Positions 40,693 to 49,831 of a DNA stretch of 64,000 nt are shown here, piece after piece (the first letter of the stretch is position 1; each line of letters begins with the position of its first letter). Below the pieces are notes generated by a model. That model was not told where the DNA came from and did no database searches. It worked only from the letters and a program-made list of their open reading frames with translations. Origin of the DNA: Caulobacteraceae bacterium (GTDB lineage Bacteria; Pseudomonadota; Alphaproteobacteria; Caulobacterales; Caulobacteraceae); the NCBI GenBank assembly GCA_035295705.1, contig DATGIN010000003.1, positions 3,476 to 67,475 on the forward strand, written 5' to 3'. A program made the position numbers and the translations under genes.

Positions 40693-43443
40693 ATGGTCAT
40701 CTCGATCAACACAAATCTGCTGCTGGCCTACTACGGCGTTCCGACCTCGCTCGGCGCAAATGGCTCAGCGACAGCGGCGGTCAGCACGCCCACCACGCCA
40801 GTTACCCCATGGGCCAGCGCGGCCACGCAGACGCAGACCAACAATCTCATCCAATCGGCGCTGAACGGGCGTTCGCTGTTCAACGCCTCGTCGGTCAAGC
40901 TCTCGATCCCGACGACGACGCCGAACTATGGCAATACCAAGCAGCTCTTCGCGCTCTATCAAGGCCTCACGGCGCTGCAGGATCTGGCGAACCAAGCGAA
41001 GACGCCCGGACTGTCGAGCGTTCAGCTGTCGGCCGTGCAGACCGCGTTTCAGGGCGGCATGCAGCAACTCGGCACGTACCTGAACGGGGCGCCGTTCAGC
41101 GGCTTCACGGTCGCCCTAGGCGGAGTCGCCGCCAGCCAGCAGACCAGCGCCGGCGCGCTCGGCGAGACCGACACCTACACGACGCGTACGCTCGTCAGCG
41201 GCGACACCACGACGCCGGTCCCCGCCTTCGCCGGCAACGTGCAGTTTTCGATGACGGTCACGCTGCCGTCGGGAAGCCAGACGGTGGTCAACTTCAACCT
41301 CGCGGACATGGGGTCCACGCCGCGCTCGCTTTCGAACGTGATCAACTACCTGAACGGGCAACTCGCTGCGGCCGGGGTTTTCACGCGCTTCGCCGACGTG
41401 CTGACCCAAGGGACGTCGAGCAGCATAAAGGTGAATGGGCAGACGATTTCCGGCCCCACCTCGCCGAATACCTACGCGCTTCAGATCGTCGGCAACCCGA
41501 TCGAGCAGATCAGCTTGTCGGCGCCGACAACCAGCCCTGGAATCTATGTCACCCAGCAGGCCGGCGAGACCCCGAGCTCGACCGGCGGGGGATCGACGCC
41601 GACCGGCAATACGACCACCCCGGCCGTGAGCCAGCAGCTGCTGAAGCTGACCACCGATCCAAGCGCGACCAGCCCGCGGGTGTTCACCGACACGCTCAGT
41701 CAGGCGACGCAGGCCGCCGTAGCGACCGCGACCGCTCCGGATGGGTCCGTCTATGTGCTCGCCAACATCGACGGGCCGACCCAGAGCGGCCTGCTCAACG
41801 GCTCGCATGGCATCGTGGGCGCCCAGGACGTCGCGCTGATGAAATACGACTCAGCCGGGAACCTCATCTGGACCCAGACCGTGGGGTCGACGCAGACGGC
41901 GACGGGCCTCGGCCTCGCGGTTTCGGCCGACGGCAGCCAGATCGCGGTCGTCGGCCAGGGAACCGGGCTTCTCGACAACGACGGCGGGCCGCCGGCCGAC
42001 ACCACCGACCCGACCGGGTTCGTCTCGGTCTTCTCCAGCGCCGGCGCGCCGGCATGGTCGCAGTCGGTCGACGGCTTCAACGCCAGCGCCGTGTCCCAGG
42101 CGACGTTCGGGGCGGACGGTTCGCTCTATGTCGCGGGCACGACCCAGCTGGCCAGCGGCTTCTCGGACACCTTCCTGGCCGGATTCTCCGCAAGCGGCGC
42201 GCCTAAGTTCAACACCATCGTCGGGCCGACCGCCTCGAGCGGGGTCAGCGGCATCGCGGTCGACGGATCCTCGCTCGTCACCGCCGGGGACCAGAGCGGC
42301 CAGGCGGTGGTGCAGAGCTACACGCTGAACGGCTCAGGCGCCCCCACGCTGGCGGCCAGCGAAACCCTTGGGCAGGCGGACGTGGCCGGACTGGCGGTGA
42401 ACGCCGACGGCTCGATCGTGGTCGCAGGCTCGACCAACAACGGGGCGCTCGCGCCGGGCGCCACGGTCGCAAACGCCTACTCAGGCGGCACGAACGCGTA
42501 CGTGGCGAACCTGAACGCGGCGCTGAGCCCCTCGAGCGCCGATACGATCACGTACTTCAACGGCGGGGCGGACACGACAGCGACCGCCGTCACGGTGGCG
42601 GGCGGGCAGGTCTACCTGGCGGGCCGGATCGCGGCGACGCCGACTGCAGGGCAGACCACCGCCTTCGACGGATACGCCGCCGAAGTCGACCCCGCGACCG
42701 GCCAGATCACCTGGTCGAGCGTCATCAACACCGACGACAACGAGTCGGCTCCGAGCTCGATCGCGGTATCGCCGACCGGGTCGTCCGCTCTGGATGCGCT
42801 CGGCCTGCCCAGCGGCGCGATCGACTTCTCGCCGGACCAGGCGCTCGTGCAGAACACTGCGCTGCAGCCAGGCGACCAGTTCACGATCAAGTCCAACTTC
42901 GGCTCGCTGGCGACCATCACGGTCCAGGCGAGCGACACGTTGCAGTCGCTCGCGCAAGAGATCGGCCGCGTCACCGGGTTCGCGGCGACCGCGCAAGTGG
43001 TCACGGGGACGGGCGGCGTCCAGGAGCTGAAGATCACTCCGACCAGCTCCAGCTTCCAGGTCACGCTGGGCTCTGGGCCAGCCGGCCAGAACGCCCTGCC
43101 GGCTTTGGGGCTGACCGATGGTCTGATCACGGCCAACGCGACGGCGAAGGCGAAGAGCGCGATCGGGGTGAACGGCGCCAAACCGACCACGACGCTGCAA
43201 GCCAACTACGGGCTCGGATTGGAGTCGACGCTGAGCCTCGCCACGCCCAGCGGCGTCGCCAACGCGCTCGCCCAGCTGGGCGGCGCGATCTCGACCGTGA
43301 AGTCGATTTACTCCGCGATGACGACGCCGCCGTCCGCGCCCGGCGCGAACGGCCCGGTCCCTGCCTACCTGACGGCTGAGATCGCGAACTATCAGGCGGC
43401 GCTGGCACGCCTTACGTCGGGCAGCGGCTCGGTCGCCATCTAG
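40693..43443 (+). CDS. flaEY: FlaEY-like large Ser/Thr-rich flagellar-cluster protein with central beta-propeller repeats
   Basis: 916 aa; flagellin-like N-terminus MVISINTN; propeller-like repeats (DVALMKYDSAGNLIWTQ, DGSLYVAGTT, GGQVYLAG); position next to the flagellin cluster as recalled for Caulobacter. Confidence 0.65.
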   Translation: MVISINTNLLLAYYGVPTSLGANGSATAAVSTPTTPVTPWASAATQTQTNNLIQSALNGRSLFNASSVKLSIPTTTPNYGNTKQLFALYQGLTALQDLANQAKTPGLSSVQLSAVQTAFQGGMQQLGTYLNGAPFSGFTVALGGVAASQQTSAGALGETDTYTTRTLVSGDTTTPVPAFAGNVQFSMTVTLPSGSQTVVNFNLADMGSTPRSLSNVINYLNGQLAAAGVFTRFADVLTQGTSSSIKVNGQTISGPTSPNTYALQIVGNPIEQISLSAPTTSPGIYVTQQAGETPSSTGGGSTPTGNTTTPAVSQQLLKLTTDPSATSPRVFTDTLSQATQAAVATATAPDGSVYVLANIDGPTQSGLLNGSHGIVGAQDVALMKYDSAGNLIWTQTVGSTQTATGLGLAVSADGSQIAVVGQGTGLLDNDGGPPADTTDPTGFVSVFSSAGAPAWSQSVDGFNASAVSQATFGADGSLYVAGTTQLASGFSDTFLAGFSASGAPKFNTIVGPTASSGVSGIAVDGSSLVTAGDQSGQAVVQSYTLNGSGAPTLAASETLGQADVAGLAVNADGSIVVAGSTNNGALAPGATVANAYSGGTNAYVANLNAALSPSSADTITYFNGGADTTATAVTVAGGQVYLAGRIAATPTAGQTTAFDGYAAEVDPATGQITWSSVINTDDNESAPSSIAVSPTGSSALDALGLPSGAIDFSPDQALVQNTALQPGDQFTIKSNFGSLATITVQASDTLQSLAQEIGRVTGFAATAQVVTGTGGVQELKITPTSSSFQVTLGSGPAGQNALPALGLTDGLITANATAKAKSAIGVNGAKPTTTLQANYGLGLESTLSLATPSGVANALAQLGGAISTVKSIYSAMTTPPSAPGANGPVPAYLTAEIANYQAALARLTSGSGSVAI

Positions 43444-43450
43444 GCGACAA

Positions 43451-44005
43451 TCACGCTTCGATGAGGTTCGCCGTGGTCAAGGCCCGGCGAAGCGCGGTCC
43501 GCCGCTCGCGCCACTCGGGCGCAAGAATCCCAAGCAGCACGACGTCGCGGCGACGGCCATCCTTGACCACGTGAGCGCGCAGGTAGCCCTCGCGACGGAA
43601 ACCGGCCGCGGCCTGCGCCTTGAGCGCAACGTCGTTGTCGGCGAGCACCTCGGCCTGCACCTTTTCGAGCCCGAGTGCGTCGAAGGCGATATCGAGACCC
43701 AGCGCCTGCGCCGCCCGCCCGGCGCCGCGTCCCCGGGCCGCAGCGTCGCCGATATACCATCCCCAGGAAGCGCGCCGGTGGCGGCTCGTCAGGCCGGTAA
43801 GCGTGAGAAACCCCGCCGGGACGCCATCGACGGTGATGATCCAGCCGCGACGATCCGGGTCGAGCCTGAACTCGTCAAACCAGCGCCCGTTCTCCTCAAG
43901 AGTTTGCGCCGCCTGGTCGCTCATCCAACGGTCGACTTCCGGCTCAAGCCGCCAGTGGAACAGCCGGTCGCGATCGTCGTCCTGAAGGTCGCGCAGCGCG
44001 ATCAT
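43451..44005 (-). CDS. pseH: PseH-like GNAT N-acetyltransferase (pseudaminic acid pathway)
   Basis: RimJ/RimL-type GNAT (RASWGWYIG, GLEKVQAEVLADN, GFRREGYLR); location in flagellin glycosylation cluster. Confidence 0.75.
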   Translation of the reverse strand: MIALRDLQDDDRDRLFHWRLEPEVDRWMSDQAAQTLEENGRWFDEFRLDPDRRGWIITVDGVPAGFLTLTGLTSRHRRASWGWYIGDAAARGRGAGRAAQALGLDIAFDALGLEKVQAEVLADNDVALKAQAAAGFRREGYLRAHVVKDGRRRDVVLLGILAPEWRERRTALRRALTTANLIEA

Positions 44006-44055
44006 GCCCGTATCCTAGCGTGCGGCTGACAACGCTGCATGAACGCACGGGACCG

Positions 44056-44850
44056 TCATCGGAACAGCGACAAGACAAGCTGGGGCGAAGCGTTCGCGAT
44101 CGGCTGGCCCTGGCTGGTCAAACCCTGTTGGACCTGAAGCGCGAGCAGTCTGGCGCCATCGGCGCCACCATCAGCGCTAGCAAGCCCTTGCTTCAAGGCG
44201 CTCGACAATTGATCGACGATCGCGCCGTGCGCCGAGATCTGGCCCGCCTGCTGGCTAAGGGCTGAAAGCGCGGCCCCGAGGTTGTCGATCGAATTGGAGA
44301 CATCGCCCAGCGCCGTCGCAGCGGCTGTCGGCGAATCGAGATTTGCGCTCGCGCCGACGGTGAGGATGGGGCCGCCGAGCGTCAGGTTCTGTGGCGTCAG
44401 ACTGCCGCCCCCCGGAATCCTCACGCCGCCGGTGCTGGATCCATCCAGCAGATTGACGCCGCCAAAGCTCGCCTGACCCACCGTCTGAGCGATCTGGGCG
44501 AGCGCCGCCTGGAAGTCTGCGTTCAACCCTTGTCGCGCCGACGGATCGAGCGTCGGATCCTCGCCGGTCGCCGCCTGTTGCTTCAGGGTCGAGAGCAAGC
44601 CCGCCACCGACTGTCCGGCGGCGATGGCGAAATCGGCGATGCCGGCGGCCGCGTTCAGGCCAACGGCCAGCGCATCGACCGTCGACACGTCGAGGCGCCC
44701 GGCCTGCCCGATCGCGACGGAACTGGGCTGCGCCCCGTCATCCGCTGGGGTTGCCGCGCCATCGGCGCCGCCGGCGGCGCCCTGAGACGGCGGCGTCAGG
44801 TCCGGCAGGGGCGGAGTGACAAGGCTGGCGCCGTTCACGCTTATCGCCAA
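44056..44850 (-). CDS. Degenerate flagellin (FljJ-like)
   Basis: Flagellin core (GQSVAGLLSTLKQQA, ASFGGVNLLDGS) and C-terminus LVLSLFR; N-terminus replaced by Pro/Ala/Gly-rich sequence. Confidence 0.75.
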   Translation of the reverse strand: MAISVNGASLVTPPLPDLTPPSQGAAGGADGAATPADDGAQPSSVAIGQAGRLDVSTVDALAVGLNAAAGIADFAIAAGQSVAGLLSTLKQQAATGEDPTLDPSARQGLNADFQAALAQIAQTVGQASFGGVNLLDGSSTGGVRIPGGGSLTPQNLTLGGPILTVGASANLDSPTAAATALGDVSNSIDNLGAALSALSQQAGQISAHGAIVDQLSSALKQGLASADGGADGARLLALQVQQGLTSQGQPIANASPQLVLSLFR

Positions 44851-44966
44851 GACGGCCTCCTTCGAAAGCCAAGCAGACGCTTCAGATCCAAAGGCGTGCG
44901 CCCAGCTTGGAGGCGCATTTTGCGGACCTGGCGGCTGGCGAAGTCTTAAGAGGCCAGCGTCTATTT

Positions 44967-44975
44967 ATGGTTAAC
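44967..44975 (-). promoter_or_regulatory. CtrA-type site (GTTAACCAT) upstream of the fljJ-like gene
   Basis: Minus strand GTTAACCATAAAT, the ungapped CtrA motif, in an AT-rich intergenic patch. Confidence 0.5.
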
Positions 44976-45000
44976 GAAGGAAGAACGCCTTTCCGGCCCG

Positions 45001-45300
45001 CTAGGCGCGCGTCCGGATCAGCGCGCCGGCCGCATAGCCGGGGTCGCGGCTGAGCTCGAGCAGGCTCTCGCGGGGAAGCTGGCGGATCACCGCGCCTGTG
45101 CGCCGATCCACGGTGATGTAGGTGAACCCCGCTCCGCTCTCGTCGCCCTCGATGATGAGCCGCACGTCGTCGGTGGGCTCGGAGGCAGCCGCAGCCGGCG
45201 ACCCTTCGGCCGTCGAGGGTTGACCGTCGCTTTCGCGCGGGTAGGCGCCGCCGTGGCTGTGGTCGCCGACGCCGCCTGCATTGCTGACAATGCGCGTCAT
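45001..45300 (-). CDS. flaG: FlaG-like flagellar protein
   Basis: RLIIEGDE...YITVDRRTGAVIRQLPRE FlaG signature; follows the flagellin gene. Confidence 0.75.
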   Translation of the reverse strand: MTRIVSNAGGVGDHSHGGAYPRESDGQPSTAEGSPAAAASEPTDDVRLIIEGDESGAGFTYITVDRRTGAVIRQLPRESLLELSRDPGYAAGALIRTRA

Positions 45301-45317
45301 GATCGGCTCCGCTCATG

Positions 45318-45358
45318 GGCTGGGCGGCGAGCCCTTCGAACAGGCCCGCCGCGCCAGC
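45318..45358 (-). terminator. Stem-loop after the flagellin gene
   Basis: Minus strand GCTGG-CGCGGCGGGCC...GGCTCGCCGC-CCAGC; no clear U tract. Confidence 0.4.
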
Positions 45359-45366
45359 TTTCAGAG

Positions 45367-46191
45367 TTACCGGAAGAGGCTGAGCAGCGCCGTGCTCGAC
45401 TGGTTGGCGATCGACAGCGCCTGGATGCCAAGCTGTTGCTTGGTCTGCAGGGCGGTCAATTGAGCGCTTTCCTTGCCGAGGTTGGCGTTGACCAGGTTGC
45501 CGATGCCGGTGTCCAGCGTGTCCTGCAGATCCTGAACGAACGTCAGTTGGTTCTGCAGAGCCGTGGCCCCATTGCCCAGCGTGCCGAGCGCGGCGTTGAC
45601 CTTGGTGATCGCGGTGTTGACCGAAGCCACCATCGCGGTCGCCAGAGCCGTGGTGCCGATCGAGGCGTTAGCCGAGACCTGCGCCATGTTCGCGCCGCCA
45701 AGAGCCAGATTCTCGGCCAACACGGTGATCTGCGCGCCGCTCGCACTGGCGAGCGCCATGATGTTGGTGCCGCCCGTCTTGATCATGTTGACTCCGTTGA
45801 AGTCGGAGTTGGTCACGATCTGGGTGATCTGGGTCAGGATCGACCGGAACTGGGTGTTGTTCGCCGACACGCTGGTGGCGTCCAGCGACGTGTCCGAGTT
45901 CGCCAGAGCCAGCGTCTTCAGCTGGTTGAGGAGATTCGAGACTGACGTGCCCGCCGAGGTGGCGACCTGGATGGTCGACTGTCCCCGCTGCAGCGACTGA
46001 ATGACCGCCGTCAGCGACTGCGACGTACCGCGCTCGCTCTGGGCGATAGCCCAGACCGCGCCGTTGTCCTGCGGGTTCGCGACCGCAAGGCCGGTCGAGA
46101 CCTGGTTTTGCGTTTGTTGGAGCTGGGCGGCGGTGTCGTTGAGGTTCTGGAGCGCAACGAGCGCACCAGGATTGTTGTTCACGCTAAGCAT
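45367..46191 (-). CDS. Flagellin (FljK/FljL-type, 274 aa)
   Basis: LSVNNNPGALVALQNLN, NQVSTGL, GNLVNANLGKESAQLTALQTKQQLG, LLSLFR. Confidence 0.96.
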   Translation of the reverse strand: MLSVNNNPGALVALQNLNDTAAQLQQTQNQVSTGLAVANPQDNGAVWAIAQSERGTSQSLTAVIQSLQRGQSTIQVATSAGTSVSNLLNQLKTLALANSDTSLDATSVSANNTQFRSILTQITQIVTNSDFNGVNMIKTGGTNIMALASASGAQITVLAENLALGGANMAQVSANASIGTTALATAMVASVNTAITKVNAALGTLGNGATALQNQLTFVQDLQDTLDTGIGNLVNANLGKESAQLTALQTKQQLGIQALSIANQSSTALLSLFR

Positions 46192-46216
46192 GACTTCACA
46201 TCCTTTTCTCAGGTGT

Positions 46217-46251
46217 CCGGCGTCATTTTGACGGCCGGGGGCGTTTTGCCC
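46217..46251 (-). promoter_or_regulatory. Flagellin mRNA leader with two CAAAA-loop hairpins
   Basis: Minus strand GGGCAAAACGCCC then CCGGCCGTCAAAATGACGCCGG between the sigma54 promoter and SD. Confidence 0.6.
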
Positions 46252-46263
46252 GCCGCGCGCCAC

Positions 46264-46278
46264 GCAAGCGTCACGCCA
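46264..46278 (-). promoter_or_regulatory. Sigma54 promoter of the flagellin gene
   Basis: TGGC-GTGACGC-TTGC (GG-N10-GC). Confidence 0.8.
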
Positions 46279-46387
46279 GAGGGGCGCCGTCCCGGAAGAC
46301 GCCTGTCCTGGAAAGGGTTAGCCTGAGAACCTCGTAACCGATCCGCGCACGGCAGAGCGGTTGCGCAAGATGGTTAGCGGGAAATTT

Positions 46388-46768
46388 CTACCCAGCGCCG
46401 GTCGGAACTTGCCGGGGCGATCGGACGCCCAGCCCCTGCATCATGATCCGATTGATCTCGATAAGCGGCTCGATGGGCTCTTCCTGGCGCACCACCGCGT
46501 TCGTGTGCCGCCCGACCCACATGCTGAGCGATATGATCTGGGCGCGCAGCTCGGCCGGAAGCGAGTTGTTGGTGCGGGCGCAGTCGGCGGCCAGCGTCAT
46601 CCACACACGCCGGTTCCAGTCCAGCGCCTTGATCCGCTGCACGAACGCATCCGATGGCAGCTGAGCCGCGTCCATGAGCGCCCGCGTCACCTCTCCGAAC
46701 AGCCGGTATTCGGAGTCGCGCGGATGCTCAGCCCGCTCGGAGGCCTGCTGGTAGGCTTGGAGCGACAT
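46388..46768 (-). CDS. flaF: Flagellar biosynthesis regulator FlaF
   Basis: [52 protein letters not shown]. Confidence 0.93.
   Translation of the reverse strand: MSLQAYQQASERAEHPRDSEYRLFGEVTRALMDAAQLPSDAFVQRIKALDWNRRVWMTLAADCARTNNSLPAELRAQIISLSMWVGRHTNAVVRQEEPIEPLIEINRIMMQGLGVRSPRQVPTGAG
46398..46416 (-). promoter_or_regulatory. Possible ftr (FlbD enhancer) element
   Basis: Minus strand CCCGGCAAGTTCCGACCGG, about 120-140 bp upstream of the sigma54 site; only one arm is a good match. Confidence 0.35.
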
Positions 46769-47153
46769 GGCCCAATCTTTCGTCTTCGTACTCGATCAGC
46801 CGCCGGCAAAGCACGAGGGCCTTGTAGTACTCGCGCTGCAGCACGTGCCTCGAGATGTTGACGCAGTCGGCAAGCACGTCCGGGTTGGCGATCGCGCCCA
46901 TGAACTCCTGCAGCCGCCGGACGAATTCCTCGTGCCAAGCTCCGGCGTCGGACTCGTCCAGGTACATCATCATCACCGGGAAATAGATCCGGCGTGAGGG
47001 CGTGCTGGCCTCGTCGGCCTGCATGATGTCCTTCTCGCGCAGGACCGAGGCCTTGTTCTGCAGAAGAAGCACGCCGCGCCGATCGCCGTTCTGCACCACC
47101 GCGCCGTTCAGGACGAACTTTTCGTGCGGCTTAAGCGACAATTTGAGCGGCAT
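46728..47153 (-). CDS. flbT: Flagellin translational repressor FlbT
   Basis: [38 protein letters not shown]; overlaps flaF start. Confidence 0.95.
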   Translation of the reverse strand: MPLKLSLKPHEKFVLNGAVVQNGDRRGVLLLQNKASVLREKDIMQADEASTPSRRIYFPVMMMYLDESDAGAWHEEFVRRLQEFMGAIANPDVLADCVNISRHVLQREYYKALVLCRRLIEYEDERLGHVAPSLPAGLRAG

Positions 47154-47276
47154 CTGCCTCGCGCGAGCTCCGCTGGCTCACTCCCCGGGGATCGGACGTG
47201 AGCCGCAAACGACCAGCACGACTAAGGCGGTTCAGTTAATGGGTCGTTGCCTCGCGGGGCCTCGGCCCGAGCGGGC

Positions 47277-47291
47277 TTAGCACTCCCTTAA
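47277..47291 (+). promoter_or_regulatory. CtrA-type box upstream of flmG
   Basis: TTAG-CACTCCC-TTAA (TTAA-N7-TTAA with one mismatch). Confidence 0.45.
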
Positions 47292-47356
47292 GCCTGATGG
47301 CGGCACTCATGCGTCGGACCCGAATCTCCTTCTGCGATCAGGGTTGGAGACGCTCA

Positions 47357-49144
47357 ATGGCCGCTCGCGCTTCACGCAGACGGGGGCTCGACAGCGCCGC
47401 CGATTTCGCCTTCCGCGGCGACCCGCCGCGCCCGCTGCCCCTGCTTTCGGATCGCGAGATGGGCGATTCGGCCTCGGACGCTGCGCTGGCGCGGCTGAAC
47501 GAGGCCATAGCCGCGCTTCGGGCGATACGGACCGCCCCGCTGCTGCAGGACGCCGTCGCCGCCATTCGCGCCGGCGACAGCGCGCGAGCGTCCGAGCTCG
47601 CGATCGAGGCGCTGGGCATCGACGAGAAGAGCGGCCACGGCTGGCATGTTCTGGCCATCGCCCGCGAGCAGTGCGGCGACTTCCGAAGCTCGATCTCGGC
47701 CTATGAGGCGGCGCTGGCGCTCCTCCCGGACCAAGCTGACGTGGCCAACGACCTTGGCCGGCTCGCATTCCGCATGGGCATGACCGAGGTTGCGGCGCAG
47801 CTGTTCGCCCTCTACCGGCAGGCGCAGCCCGCCTGTGCGCAAGGCGCCAACAACATGGCGTGCGCACTGCGCGACCTTCATCACTACGAGGCCGCGATCG
47901 AGGTCCTGACGCCGGCGATCCACGCCGCGCCCGACTCGGCCATGCTCTGGAACACGCTTGCCACCGTACAGATCGCGCGCGGCGACACCGCCAGCGCGAT
48001 GCCGTTTCTCGAGGAAGCGGTCCGGCTGGAGCCGGGATTCGCCAAGGCGCGCTACACCCGAGCAAACGCCCGCCTGGAGCTGGGCGACGTCGAGGGCGCC
48101 CTCGCCGATTGCGACGCCGCCGCGTCGAACGCGGAGCTGGAGAGCGACCTGGCGATGATGCGCTTCGCCCGTGCGCAAATGCTTCTGGTCGGCGGGCGCG
48201 TGGCAGAAGGCTGGGACGCTTACGAGGCGCGCTTTGCGCCCCAGTTCGCGGGCCGCGTGACGTTCCTCGTGGATCGTCCGCGCTGGACGCCGGAGACGAA
48301 CGTCGCGGGCAAGGCGTTGCTGCTCATCGGCGAGCAGGGCCTGGGCGACGAGGTGATGTTCGCCAACATCCTGCCCGACGTCATCGACGCACTGGGGCCG
48401 AAGGGTCGCCTTGCCGTCGCCGTAGAGCCCAGGCTCGCCCCGCTCTTCCGGCGTTCCTTCCCGGCGGCGTCCTTCACCGCCCACGCCGACCTCAAGCTCG
48501 ACGGCTACAACTACCGCGTGGTCCGCGACATCGACGCCGATGCATTCGACCTCTGGGCGCCGCTCGCCTCGCCATTGCGGCGCTTTCGGCCTGACGTGGT
48601 GGCTTTCCCCGACCGCCCCGCATACCTGACCCCGGATCCCGAGCGGGTGCGGCGCTGGCGGCGCGAGCTCTCCGGCTTGCCCGGCCGGAAGGTCGGGATC
48701 CTGTGGAAGAGCCTCAAACTGGACGGCGCGCGGCTACGCGAGTTCTCGCCGTTCGAGCGCTGGCGGCCGGTGCTCGCAACCCCGGGCGTGACGTTCGTGA
48801 ACCTGCAGTACGGCGAGTGCGAAGCCGAGCTCGCGCAGGCGCGCGAGGCGTTCGGCGTCGATATCTGGCGTCCTCCCGGCATCGACCTGAAGGACGACCT
48901 CGACGACCTCGCCGCGCTCTGCTGCGCGCTCGACCTGGTGCTGGGGCCAGCCAACGCAACCACCAACATAGCAGGCGCGTGCGGTGCGCCCGTCTGGCTC
49001 ATCTCGACGCCGGTCGCTTGGCCGCGCCTCGGGACGGACCGCTACCCGTGGTACCCGACCACGCGGGTTTTCATCACGCGCGCCTTCGGCCAGTGGGATG
49101 AGGTCATGGACGAGATCGCCGTCGCGCTGAGACAAGGCAACTAG
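47357..49144 (+). CDS. flmG: Flagellin glycosyltransferase FlmG/FlbA (TPR + GT-B)
   Basis: N-terminal TPRs, EQGLGDEVMF, VGILWKS, FVNLQYG, LDLVLGPANAT; divergent from flbT; GGAGA SD before ATG 47357. Confidence 0.85.
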   Translation: MAARASRRRGLDSAADFAFRGDPPRPLPLLSDREMGDSASDAALARLNEAIAALRAIRTAPLLQDAVAAIRAGDSARASELAIEALGIDEKSGHGWHVLAIAREQCGDFRSSISAYEAALALLPDQADVANDLGRLAFRMGMTEVAAQLFALYRQAQPACAQGANNMACALRDLHHYEAAIEVLTPAIHAAPDSAMLWNTLATVQIARGDTASAMPFLEEAVRLEPGFAKARYTRANARLELGDVEGALADCDAAASNAELESDLAMMRFARAQMLLVGGRVAEGWDAYEARFAPQFAGRVTFLVDRPRWTPETNVAGKALLLIGEQGLGDEVMFANILPDVIDALGPKGRLAVAVEPRLAPLFRRSFPAASFTAHADLKLDGYNYRVVRDIDADAFDLWAPLASPLRRFRPDVVAFPDRPAYLTPDPERVRRWRRELSGLPGRKVGILWKSLKLDGARLREFSPFERWRPVLATPGVTFVNLQYGECEAELAQAREAFGVDIWRPPGIDLKDDLDDLAALCCALDLVLGPANATTNIAGACGAPVWLISTPVAWPRLGTDRYPWYPTTRVFITRAFGQWDEVMDEIAVALRQGN

Positions 49145-49204
49145 AGCCGGCCGGCTTCCGTTCTTCGCACGAGGTTCTCGCGATGTCGCGAAGGAGGCCG
49201 TGCG

Positions 49205-49684
49205 ATGAGGCCGCACACCCCGGACGACGACCCCGATCCGCAGGCTCGTGCGGAAGTCGAGGACGAAACCCACCTGAGCGACGACGCCGAGTTCGCGACG
49301 CTCGAGGAGGCGCCTGACGTCTACGACGCGACGGAGCGCGAAGGCGACCGGAGGGACGAAGAGGCCTTCGCGGCCGACGCCGCCGACCTGGACCCGGACC
49401 TGCTGGACGAAGAGCAAGCCGAGGACGACGAGCGCGAGCAAGGCGCCGACGACTACGAGCCGGAAGTAGAGTGGGCCGAGGCCGCCGGCGACGACGGCTC
49501 GGAGGCAAGGGGTGCGGTCGAGGAGGCGCTGCCGGCCGACGACATCGAAGGGCTGGACAAGGTTGGCGACGCCGACTCGGTCGAGGGCGGCGAAGACGAT
49601 TTCACCAACTTCCAGTCCAGCCGCCTGAGCGACGCCGACCTCGATGCGCTCGGCTACCGCCGCACCGGCGGTCGCGACAGCTGA
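49205..49684 (+). CDS. Highly acidic hypothetical protein
   Basis: AAGGAGG SD; 159 aa, very D/E-rich, probably disordered. Confidence 0.7.
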   Translation: MRPHTPDDDPDPQARAEVEDETHLSDDAEFATLEEAPDVYDATEREGDRRDEEAFAADAADLDPDLLDEEQAEDDEREQGADDYEPEVEWAEAAGDDGSEARGAVEEALPADDIEGLDKVGDADSVEGGEDDFTNFQSSRLSDADLDALGYRRTGGRDS

Positions 49685-49831
49685 AGCCGACACGGCGGCC
49701 GGCATCCACAGCCGCGCCAGTCCGCCTCGCGAAACGCCCTTGCAACGCGCGGGCCTCCCCTTACTTTGCGCGCCTGTCGAACAGTTGTTAGAGACGAGGC
49801 GCCGATAGCGAGACGCGCCCAGAGGAGATGT

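Noticed and set aside
46728-46768. 41-bp overlap of flbT and flaF, and 49-bp convergent overlap of aat and the DUF2155 gene (22972-23020)
   Set aside because: Short overlaps of this kind are common in compact GC-rich operons and both partners look intact.
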